DNA from: Carcharhinus longimanus
Lineage: Eukaryota
NCBI GenBank assembly: GCA_030264375.1
Contig: JASCQW010000098.1
Coordinates: 45,550,077-45,614,076 of the forward strand
DNA: 64,000 nt
Reading direction: 5' to 3'
In this document: piece by piece, positions 25,571-36,854 of the stretch
Position numbering within the stretch: position 1 is the stretch's first letter
Layout: each line of letters opens with the position of its first letter
Position numbers and translations under genes: made by a program
Notes under the pieces: model-generated
Database searches by the model: none
The model's input: the letters and a program-made list of their open reading frames with translations, nothing else
Told to the model about the DNA's origin: nothing

Positions 25571-25955
25571 CACTTGTGTAGATGTGAACAGGGACTGCAG
25601 GGAGGATGAGCAAACTGACCATGGCACTGTGATGCAGGGAGAATTGAAGGTGGCAGAGTAAAAAGGAATGTACAAAGGACAATAAAGATAGAGGATAGAT
25701 ACTGCTCTACTACTGATCACAGCATGAATCGCAAAACTCTGTTGCCTGCCCATTGCAAAAGTTAAGAGCATCTCGTCAATGTTGGGAGGAACTTGGGGTG
25801 GGAGAAGAAGGATACATCTGTTGTGGTTCAGATGGGTGCCAGTGATAGGACTAAGAGGTTCTGCTGTGGGGGTGGGGTTATGAGCAGATAGGAACAAAAT
25901 TATGAAGCAGAACCACAATATTTTGGATTACTACAAGAATCACAAGCAAATTAGT

Positions 25956-26275
25956 GGGGCGGCACGGTGGCACATGGTTAGCACTGCTGCCTCTCAGAGC
26001 CAGGGACCTGGGTTCAATTCCAGCCTCAGATGATTGTCTGTGTGGAGTTTTCACATTGTCTCCGTGGGTTTCCGGTCACAATCCAAAGATGTGTAGGTTA
26101 GGTTGATTGGCCACGCTAAATTGCCCCCCTTCATGTCCCAAGATGTGTAGGGTAGGGGGATTAGAGACGTAATATATAGGATTATGTGGAAAGTGCCTGG
26201 GTGAGATGCTCCATCGGAGAGTCGGTGTGGATTCGAGCCAAATTGCCGCCTCCTGCGCAGTAGGAATTCTATGAA
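25956..26275 (+). mobile_element. HE1 SINE
   Basis: gggcggcacggtggcac..gggttcaattcc..ccaaagatgtgtaggttagg. Confidence 0.9.
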
Positions 26276-27090
26276 ATAAGATTAGAGAGTTGAATGGCTG
26301 GGTCAAAGATTACTGTGGGAAAGATGGATTTTGATTCATGGAGTACCGCATACAGTTTTGGTCCCCTTAAGGAGAGGATATGCTTGCATTGGAAGCAATT
26401 CGGAGAAGACTGAATTGTCTGATTCCTGGGATGAGGGAGTTGCCTTATGAGGGAAGATTAAGCAGGTTAGGCTAATGTTTATTGGAGTTTAGAAGAATGA
26501 GAGGTAATCTTATTGAAACACGTAAGATTCTGAGGGGCTTTGGTAGTGTAGATGCTGAGAGGATGTTTCCCCTTGTGGAGGAATCGAGAACCAGAGGGCA
26601 CGGTTTAAAAAGGGATTTCCCATTTGAGACAGAGTGAGAAGGAATAATTTCTTCTCACGTCAGGTTGTTAGTCTTTGGAATTCTCTTCTCTAGAGAGCTG
26701 TGGAGGCNNNNNNNNNNGAGGCTGCTGCATTTAATATATTCAAGGCTGAATTTGACAGATATTTGATCGACAAAGGAATTAAGGGTTTTGTGGGACGGGC
26801 AGGAAAATGGAGTTAAGCCATGATCTTATTGAATGGTGGGTCAGACTTGAAGGGTCGCATTGCCTACTCCTACCATTTCTTATAATTTATTGATTTGTGA
26901 TCTTATAAATAATGAAGATGACGGATTTCCATAGGTGCTGCTATAAGCAGATATCCTGCTGTCACTGATTGCTGGTGTCTTTCGAGGGTCTGTCAGCAGA
27001 GTGAGTTTTTAATTTTAGCACCAAACATTAAAGCAGTTAATAAGGTCCCTGAACACCCCTTCTCCATTTGCCAGTATGTGCATGTGTGTA

Positions 27091-27091
<1 letters not shown>

Positions 27092-27135
<44 letters not shown>
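27092..27135. repeat. (AC)22 microsatellite
   Basis: Direct read. Confidence 0.95.
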
Positions 27136-27138
<3 letters not shown>

Positions 27139-27239
27139 CTTCAGTTTGGGCTAGAACTAGGCAATTACTGTCATTGAAAAGCTTTATTGTGTGATTGTTA
27201 AAGGCATCAGAATATTTAGCTGCCTTTGGTTTCTTGCGT

Positions 27240-27415
27240 TATTGAATCACAGAATTTCTGCAGTGCAGAAAGAGCCATTCAGCCCATTGAGTCTGCACTG
27301 ACAACAATCACTCCATCCCCCCCCCCCCAGCCCTATCCTCATAACCCCACATATATTTACCCTGTTAATCCTCCTGGCACTAAGGGGCAATTTAGCATGG
27401 CCAATCCACCTAACC
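27240..27415 (-). mobile_element. HE1 3' fragment
   Basis: gccattcagcccattgagtctgcac..caatttagcatggccaatccacctaac. Confidence 0.85.
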
Positions 27416-27611
27416 TTGAGAAGGGAACTTCTAAAGGTCTACATCCTGCTCCAAAATATATTGAGAATATTTTGAAACTATATAGGATAATTGCCAAGCA
27501 ATTGCTTGAGTAACTGTATGAAATATTTTAAATATACTGACTTTTCTTCCAGAAATATTGCACAATTGGTTTTGAATAAAATCTCCCAATTTGCACATTA
27601 TTGTTTTAATG

Positions 27612-28068
27612 GTTATGGTAGCTTAGTGTTTATGACACTAGACTAGTCATCCAGTGACCTGGGCAAATCTGGAAATATGAGTTAAAATCCCACCACAGCA
27701 GATGGGGAATGTACATTGTTAATTAATTTTTTTAAAAAACTGGAATAAATAGCTTGTATCCATAATGGTGACCACGAAACTACTGAGTTGTCATAAAAAC
27801 TCATCTGCTTCACTCATGTCCTTTCGGGAAGGAAGTTTATTGAACTTCTCTGGTTTGGCCCATAGACTTCAGACCCACAACAATATGGTCGACTCTAAAC
27901 CGCCCTAGCTGGCCACTCAGTTGTGCCAAACTGCTACAACAAAGCATAATTACCGTAAGGACTGCAATGGCTCAAGGGGGCAGGTCACCTCCACCTTCCT
28001 GAGGGCAATTAGCAATGGACATTACATGTTGACCTTGCCAGCAATGCTCACAATCAATGAATAAAACA
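27612..28068 (+). mobile_element. tRNA-headed non-autonomous element = 5' end + 3' end of the LINE at 36855-38650
   Basis: Body matches the reverse complement of 38320-38650; tail (ggactgca..ccaccttc..ggcaattag) matches the reverse complement of 36870-36965. Confidence 0.8.
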
Positions 28069-29469
28069 TAAATATCATTGAAGTGTTTGTCCTAGTTTTG
28101 TTCCAGTAATTTTTCATCCCAGCAACCATTCATGTTAATAAAGCTAATCCATCACCTAAGGATAAATGCATAATTAAATTCATGCCATATTACAAGAAAA
28201 GCTCTAATAAGTGCCGGAGTTCTTGCTGCAGAGCACTATGTCAGTATCATTGCACACTGATTTTAATGGCAATTGTTTCATAACTTGCAAGCTTCATAAC
28301 TCCTAATGAGCTATAGAAAATTTTTCTCTCTCCAGAATTCTCTGCACTCTGTATCATTGATTTTTTTTCCCTCTTTTCATTTCCCTCATGATAAATATTA
28401 ACTGTGGTGCTCTAAATGTTATTACTTTGAACTGTTCCTGCTGTAGATAGCTGCTTGTTTTTAATTAATAGGGTTCACGGCAAATATATGACCAGTGGGT
28501 AGAAAGTAAACTGTTTTAGTTTTAAAAAAGCGTACATGTTAAATTTTGCTGTGTAGCTGCCCAATAACAGAAAATGACATTGGGTATAAATAAAATGCCA
28601 CAAAAAGATGTGCAATTTATAAAGCACCACCTCACACATTAAGAAATAAAAAGATATAGCTGCTAAGTCTGTGATACAATAGGTCTTATCACATGGTATT
28701 CTGTATCTTCAAGTCAAAAGTTATTCACTGTCCCCTTCCCCACCACCACCTCCTTTCCTCCCACCACCTTGCCCCTTGCCAGTAACGATATCCACATGTA
28801 CTTTGATTGCAAACTTCTCCGTTGACTGCATAAAGATCATGGATACCACTCAGTAATTCAAAGGCATTATTCCAGTTCAGGATATAGTTTGTTCATCAAT
28901 GCTCCTAATGCAAAATGCATGTGTCTGGTTAGAATGTATCCTATTTTTACATTGGAGGGCCTGAAGTTGTCTATGCTCTGTAATGTTGATTCAGTTGGGG
29001 ATTATTTTTAACAACATATTACAAAAATATTCATCATTTTTTTTAAATTCCACCTGGTGTACCAGTATTAAAAAGCAGCAACTCATGGTGTTTCCAAATT
29101 CACAACTTTTTTTGCCCATCATTGAGTCACTTTCTTTTGCTCAATACTATTCTTGTCTATCTCTGTTTGGAGATTAATGTATTTTGTGAATCCACATTTT
29201 TTTCTGAGAAAAATTGATAGTGATATATGGTTTCATTTTCAAATGGAAACGTGACCCCTTAAGTACAGGCTTACAGTACGAGTGCCAAGCTCAGCGGAGA
29301 CTCTGATTCAACAAAACCATATGTAGCTCCATAATGTTTTTCTGGTATTCAGCCAGTGGCGGGTGAGGGACTCACCATAAGGGAAGCCCCAAAAAGGAAC
29401 TGCCAGGGTTGCTTCAGGGGATCTCTCTCCTTGCCAGGTGCTCAGTGCTTGATCACGGAACCCCCGCAT

Positions 29470-29780
29470 CAGGAACATAAAAAGTAGAAGGAGTCGGCTA
29501 TTTGCCCCCTTGAGCCTGTTCCGCCAGTCAGTTAGATCACAGTTGACCTGATGTGGCCTAATTCCGTCTTTCTCTTCGGTCCCAAATATTTATTCAATCA
29601 AGAACCTGTCCAACTTAGCCTTGAATATATTCAGTGACCCTGTCTCCACTGTTCACTGGGGGAGAGATTTTATTGACCCTCTGAGAGAAGAAATTCCTCC
29701 TCATCTCCATCTTAAATGGGAGACCCACTGGTGCCCCCTTGTTCTAGATTTCCCAGTGAGGTGGAATTTTCTCCCTGCAT
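29470..29780 (-). mobile_element. CR1/HER1 3' fragment inside a longer GC-rich repeat (~29330-30175)
   Basis: ccttgaatatattcagtgacc..gagagaagaaattcctcctcatctcc. Confidence 0.75.
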
Positions 29781-30863
29781 CTTCTAACGGTGCACCACTG
29801 AGACAGACTCCCCGGCCCTTGCTGCTGACCTCTCTTGCACCCTCCCCATGACATGTCTCCTGTCAGTCACCTGGGCATCGACCCTGAGCCGCAGGTGCAT
29901 TCTTTACCAGCTGCAGCCTCCCTGATGGTGCAGCTGAGCATTGCACAGCTGCCAGCCTCTAGTCGGCAGCTCTTGGGGGTCTGGGGGCAGGATTTCTGCC
30001 CCCCAGCATCAAGGATCCTGGGGAGTGTCTGCCACTGTCCAGTTAAGCTCTTCACAGGCACTTAATTTGGCATGCCTTCCTGAAAGTAGGTGATACAGGG
30101 CTCCCACTAGCTTTCCCACCGGCAGGAGTGAGCCCTGTCACCTACATTAAATTTTGTCTACGTTAAATTCCACCCATGGTAACAAATCTGACAGGATGTT
30201 TGCTAAGATAGACCAGGTGGACCAATGTTTTTCTCTTATCCAGAGCATGTTTATGTTACGGTGTGAATGGAAGCCTAGTGAAACCTTGTCTCCTAGAATC
30301 TTGTCAAACAGCGAATGAGTTTTGATTGATGGTTTCAAGAATCCTGAATTAAAAGGCACCCTTCGTTTCAGATTTAGAGAAGTAGTTATCTGGCTGAATT
30401 AGTTAAAGGTATTGTGAACATATATCAAAAGTTTACCAGCTACTTACATGTGATTTTGCCTAGGTTCTGATTGGTTAGTCATGACTTTGTTAGTGGTTGG
30501 CAATGTAGGCTGATAAGCAGGGCACTCAGGGTAAAGTAGCTGTCAGCGAGGAAGCCCCAGTACAGTATCTTCCAAGTTGTACAAACTAATCTGAGGATAA
30601 CTGAGAATTTGTCAGCCATGGGTGGAAAAAAATAAAGATTTACATTAATATAATGCTCTTCATGACCCCTGGACATCTCAAAGTGCCTTATTACATAGCT
30701 GATGAAATATTTTTAAAGAGTAATCACAATTGTAATGTATGAAATTAATGTTGAGTAAATTGGGTTATGATTCTTCCACAACTGAGTCCTCCAAAGCTTC
30801 AAAAAACACTCCTGCTATCTTCCTGATAGAGTAGATTAGGTTTACTTGCTTTCATTTCAAAGT

Positions 30864-30866
30864 GTA

Positions 30867-30899
<33 letters not shown>
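30864..30899. repeat. (TC)n tract
   Basis: Direct read. Confidence 0.9.
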
Positions 30900-30903
<4 letters not shown>

Positions 30904-33484
30904 CAGGTATGGTTAGTTGACAATTAACTGGCTGGTTTGATCCTAGGTGCTGAAAATTGTTTTGGAAATGTGTTGGTAAATGAGATCATATTATCTGATA
31001 TATTGGATCGCATTTCATTGCCTTTGGATAGAAAAAAATCTAACCTTTTATCCCACCTCACCCAGAACAATGAAAACAATCCTGCTGAAATCCTTAAAAG
31101 CCTTCTCAGAAAACCACAACTTGCTTCAGCATCGATTGTTGAATGTAGAATTGAATAGCATTTCTAATGCAGAAATCGTTGGCTCTCCCGGAAGATCTTC
31201 CAGGCCCTGCAAATGAGAACCTAGCACGTTCACAACAGGTGACCGCACGTTGACTTAGTCGCCAGAGTTTCTGCATTTGCAGGGCACTGATTTGCCAGTC
31301 CACTGAAGTGAATGGTGGAACTTTGTGGATTGATGGGCACTTGTGCAGTTAATGGCACGGTTAGTGGAACAGTCTTATTATGTCATCTTTTTAAACAAGA
31401 ACAGTGCAATACAGTCTTTCAGTAATGAATGTTGGTCAGTTTACAATGTCATAATTACCTTAATGTTCAGTTGTACAAGGATTTCACTGTGAATGACAAT
31501 TCAGAGGAGTATCTTGGAAATTAAGCTTGTTTTCTGTGATGCGTTGGTTTTGTTTATTCAACTATATATTTTCTTTAACTTTATGTTGCCCAGCGGTCAA
31601 TTGGAAGGATATTTAATACGTGATCCAGCTATAAAAATAGACGCTGCTGCAGTATATCGGAGGAATCCTTATCCAAAAGGATTCATGTACCGTTCCCAGT
31701 CGTAACAATGTAACAGGGTATTTGGGATAATTAGGGTACTTTTTTTATTTCCACGGTAACTTTATGTATTTAATAAGTTTGTGCCTGCAGTTATGTGCAG
31801 TAAATTGACAGTTTGTGAATTAAACTCCCTTGGATTTTATGCCAACATTGTTTTAAAATAAAGTCCAAAATATGTAAATATTAGTTTTTTCCCGATTACA
31901 GTAACCTTATGTACTGTACTTGCGTTTTGCCATGACCAGGTCACTTCCGCATTGTGAGACTGTAGTTGTGTTAGTATGGTAACACGACTAAATAACAGAA
32001 GTACAAAAGCATTCAGAACTCACCAGCATATCGGATCCTGTTATTTGGCTGCTGATTTCAAAACAGTGAATTATCCTTGCAAAGGACGTCAGTTACTTTG
32101 GATAATGAAATTCAAGCTAGGTTCAACACAGGCCGCCATTACATTAATTTCTGTGCATTAGTACATTTGTGTGGAATATTTCTTTGTAATAGCTGTAACT
32201 TTTTCTTTACATGAACTCTTGATAACTGTCAAATTTCTTTGTGCCATTGCCGTTTCTGTGAATGGCAATGCCTGCTGCTGTCTTATGGTTGTTGTCATGC
32301 TCATTTTGAAACTTGCTTTTGTTTATCATTAGATTGATATTTTTTCTTTTTCTTCTAATTCAATTTTAACGTTTCCCAAAATAGTTGACTTCTTAATAGT
32401 TGCTTGATAGTAAGGGATAGTCTCCATATTTAAAAACACATACATTTGTTTTTTTTCACATCTATTGCCCTTTTTCCCCTTTCCCCCTTTCTTGATCCTT
32501 TGCTGATAGGAAGAGAGGGTGTATCTATATATAGACCTCTGCCTGAGCCATCATAAGCCTAGCAGCTTGCTTGAGAGGCAAGTCAGTTTTTCTCTCGCTC
32601 TCTCTGGGAAGGTTATTTCATAGTTAGACTGTACTATGCTGCATCCCATCACCAAGCAGCCTCCTCAGCACTTCGGATCACAAATAACTTGTGGATATTG
32701 ACTAATCTAGTTTTTTTTAAAAACAGCAGGAGATGCTGTTGCTGATGTAGGGCAAACTGGTTGGGAAACATTATTGAGCTCAGCAGTGTGGGAAGGACTG
32801 ACGCATTGTCAACAGAGATGTACTAGCCTTTCTGTTGGTTTTTTGCCATGTAGTGGTGCCAACTCTCAGCATCTGGGCCTCGCATAGCTAGTGGCAACAC
32901 CAGAGTAAGCCTAATAGATTTGTTAATGTTGGGAGCTGAGGAGACCTGATGGGGGAATAAAAAATATTAATTCCCAACGACTGGAATAGTAGATGATGCA
33001 GGGTTTACTGTGGTGTTGTTACTAGCGATAACTTTGTTGAGAACTAATGGTAATGGAAAGAATGGACTTGCATTTCATGCTGCACCTTTCAAGACCTTGA
33101 TCTCTAGATGTGCTTCACAACCGATGAAGTACATCTGAACTATAATCACAGTTGTAATATAGGATGGTATGAAACTAATAGAAAGCTCAGTTACTGTCAT
33201 TTAGCAAAGTGTTCTGCTATTATCTTGACTTATGGGTGTATATATTAATTTGAGAACAAGCTGCTGTCCTGATAACAGTCCTGATAAATTGTTGAACTAA
33301 CAATACTCAAAAAATGGATGTATATAAAATATGTATCTGTAGAGAGAGAAAAGAGATTTTGAGTAGACCATTCTTTCTAAATGACTCAACAACTAAAACA
33401 AAATTTGAGTAAATTAGTAAAATGTTGCTATATTAGACTGTGAAAACAGACATGAAGCTGAGATGGAATAAAAAGTTTGGTTTA

Positions 33485-33780
33485 AAGCACAGAAGGAGAC
33501 TGTTTTGCCCATCATAGCTGTGCTGGCTCTTTGCTAGAACAATCAACTTAAACCACTGCCTTGCTCTCTGTTTAGCCATATATCTTTCTCTGATTCAAAT
33601 ATTTATTTTTTTTCCCCAATTGGTGAATGGATTCTGCCTCAAATATGTTTTGTAGTAAAACATTCCTTTCTATCAAAGCCCTTCAAAATATTTAAAACTT
33701 TGATTAAATCTCCTCAAAACTTTCTCTGTACAAGTAGAAAGGTACCAAGTCTCCCCTCATAACTATAGTTTCCCATTCCT
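33485..33780 (-). mobile_element. Old CR1-like 3' fragment
   Basis: agcacagaaggagac..gcccatcatagctgtgctggctct 3' UTR-like sequence. Confidence 0.55.
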
Positions 33781-33890
33781 GGGCTGGGATTGTCCAGGCC
33801 CATCATGGCAAGATTCACTATGGGAGATTCATTAACTTTTGGCAGGACTGGACAATCCCAGCGGTGCGCAGGGCCGGAAAATCCTACCCC
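33781..33890. mobile_element. PIF/Harbinger-like MITE
   Basis: gggctgggattgtcc .. ggaaaatcctacccc termini. Confidence 0.6.
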
Positions 33891-33921
33891 AGCATCATCC
33901 TGTTAACTGTAAACTGACTTG

Positions 33922-34278
33922 AACAAAAAATAGAAAATGCTAGAAAAACCCATCATGTCTGGCAGCATGGGTGGAGAGAGACGGCAAAGTTAATGGCTGG
34001 AATTCTCCGGCTGTTCACGCCCCGTCGCCACTGCCAGCAAGGACAGGGAATTTGGCACTCGGCCAAATCTCCGTTCACTTCAGCAGAGAATCCCACCCAA
34101 TATTTTGAGTCTGTATGACTGTTCAGAGCTAAAGAGAGGGATGAATATCTAAGAAGTCGTATGGATTCAAAATGTTAATTCTCTTTTCTCTCTCCACTGA
34201 AGCTGTCAGACCTCCTGAGTTTCTCCTGCATTTTTTTATTTTTGCTTCCGATTCTGGCATCTGCAGTATTTTGCTTTC
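33922..34278. mobile_element. Penelope-like element terminal repeats in inverted orientation, decayed; MITE inserted at 33995-34098
   Basis: Left arm gtctggcagcat..gtggagagaga is the reverse complement of right arm tctctctccactgaagctgtcagac; degenerate hammerhead-type motif at ~34148-34178. Confidence 0.7.
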
Positions 34279-35769
34279 ACTCTATGACTTAAATGTCCTT
34301 TCTATAAAATTGCCCTAACTGTAACCTAACCAATATTTTGTACAAATTTATCACTTTGCTCATATGACCTATGGCCTTGCATGTAAAACTCAGAATGCTT
34401 TTGGCTATTTTTTCAAGCTAACCCCATTCATATTTTAAGGAAATTATGTAATTTTTTTTGTCTGCACCCTTCCTTGTCTTTCCATTGAATGTGTCATTTA
34501 ATTATGACTTAATCATTATCTTGATACAAAACTTAATTTTCAATCTGTGCCAGGATCATTCATGACATCAACAGGTGGTTGTTTTTTGCTCTGTTTTGAG
34601 ACTAATATTCCCACAATTTTTAAAGAGCCAGAGAGAAGATAGAAACTGTCAGCATGGTTGTTTCTATGTTGTGTATTCTGTGTAATGGACAAAATGCTGC
34701 ACTCATTCTGGTGCATAAATGTCAGGCACTAGTGGATTTTTCAACCAAAGCCAGGTAAGTTCATCAATAAATACAAGATATGAAATAAAGCCCACCAATA
34801 TCTTTTTTCAAGCCATGCCTAAGTACATCCTTTTAAACACTCAGATTATGTGAGAAAGTTTGGGAAGTTCCCGAAGAAGTAGTTTGCAATACAAACCCAC
34901 ACACAAGCTTACGTCACATAACGAGATCTGGTTCCAATCTAAATATAGAGACGTTTCAGTTGAAAAGGGCTTAAAAGCCTGGCTTGTTTTTGTGATTGAG
35001 ATGGATCTGTCGACTGACAAGGCTGAGATTTTTGCAAAAGCCTGAATGCAGAGGTCAAAACTAATAAATAATACACATGTTCCCCTTTCTCAGATTGTGA
35101 ATCAGTGGTATTTGCTGCTTCTCTGGAATTTTCCCACCAACATACATGATGTACTTGATAATTATTCAGAAGTTTGGCTGTAGTACCCAAGTAATGGGCT
35201 TTCGTGAATAAAACGGAGGGCTTGTGGGTATTAATCTGTCAATGGTAGCCTGCTGCTGTGAACTTCAAAACCTAATCCTCCAGGCCATGCAAGCAGTGCT
35301 GTAAATTATTGTTTGGGGGCGGCACAAAATTTTGAGCTTATCCTATTGTATTTTCAGTTTGGTTCCCCTCGCTCCACTGCTGCTTTTCCAGAATTTCATT
35401 TTTTATTTATCCAGGATGGCAATGTAAATAAAGTAATGAGGGATAATTTGATCTCTCTGCCAATGCGGTAGGATGCAGTGCTTTAAACTGCAGCTCTGTG
35501 ATATATCAGTGCTGCAATTTGACCTGTTGCAATAGGACGAACAACTGCAATTTGCAATGTTAGTTTTTATGTTGCACAAAGAGTTGTATGTTTTCACTTT
35601 TTTTTAATCAGTATTAGTGAGGGCCATTATTTTTACCTCCAGTTTGTAGTTGGTGCTCCACCACAGGCCCAGGTCTCATATCAGCCGTAGTGAATTCTTC
35701 ACTACTGGATGGTTCCTATTGGCTGGAAGAAACTGCCCAATAAGGAGAGGCTGTGTTGAGTCACACTAC

Positions 35770-35975
35770 CAAGAAGTTGCATTTTTGTGGCATCTTTGAG
35801 ATAGAAAAATGGCCCAAGCCTTTTCACAGATACATTATCAGACAAAATGCAACATCAAACCCAAACAAGAGGTATTAGGACAGGTGATCAAAAGCTTCAG
35901 CAAAGAGGTAAGGCGTACATTAAAGAAGGGGAGAGAGAGGTAGTGAGATTTTGGGATGGAATTCCAAAGCTTTTA
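35770..35975 (-). mobile_element. L2 LINE 3' fragment
   Basis: tattaggacaggtgatcaaaagctt..aaagaggta; same tail family as 45700-45880(+). Confidence 0.6.
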
Positions 35976-36854
35976 GGTCTAAATTATGTTTGCCCAAAGC
36001 CAGAAGAAATGATGGGCTGTGCATAAAACGCAGTCTACATTTTTCACTAAAAACATGCAACCTGATGTACGTTTACAACACTTTAGTAAAGCCCAGGGCA
36101 TCTCTGTAATGGAAATAGATGTTAGACACACTGTCTGAATCTCTTGCCAATGAGGATTCATATGCAGGATTATTTCCTGCAACACTGTTTAATGAAATGG
36201 GATTATGACCATATGAAAATAGTGTAAAAAGAAATTTGATGGGAATGCGTTAACCAATGCGCTAAAAGTACTGAGTGCTTGTGTCGATAGAGGGGAATCT
36301 GACAAATCTTCATGTGGCTGAAACTTCTCTATCTGTGTACAAAAATTCCTCAATGCCCAAATAGCATCAAAAGATGAAAACATTCAGAGAGATGGGAGAC
36401 AAAGCAAACATCATAGAGCAGCAATACTCTTTACCCAGAATTTATGGGGAAGAAAGAGGTATCGTTGTAGCCTGAATAGAAAATGGAGGCTGGTTTGAAT
36501 ATTCGAGCTAAAAAGTATTGAGACGTGGGAGCTGTGAAGTTGAGAAAATTCAAGGATGCCAAGCAGGGACAGTTCTTACCCAGTTACGACAGGGTTATGT
36601 ATTTCAGTAAATATAAAATTATCACTAGAAATGTGTCCAAATGTGTTAGCACAATAAAATCCTTTCACTTTTTAAGTGCACAGATTTCTAGGCCACATTT
36701 CTGAACTCTAGTGCTGTCAAATAAATTAACTGTTCCGATATTATTGCAGTTGATGGCTCAACGAGTTGATGCACTGAGTGGCTGAATTACAGTTGTAGGT
36801 TCAATCCCCAGTCTGAGCTGACTTGGCTAGTCTCAGAGGGGGTGAAAGTGTTTC

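Larger units (their letters stand above)
24700..26890 (+). mobile_element. CR1 LINE: ORF1 (Cys finger/zipper + esterase-like) joined to the 3' end by a large deletion; two HE1 insertions
   Basis: CCSCGM..HVCSK..REGESYLDALF (24943-25130); CLP..VK.IS esterase-like motif (~25742); ORF2 C-terminus from ~26345. Confidence 0.75.

Noticed and set aside
25409-25918. 169-aa minus ORF
   Set aside because: Antisense CR1 ORF1 plus HE1 sequence
26701-26722. gaggc duplicated around 10 Ns; similar short N runs at 13499, 15336, 45346, 49788
   Set aside because: Likely contig-join artefacts, not TSDs
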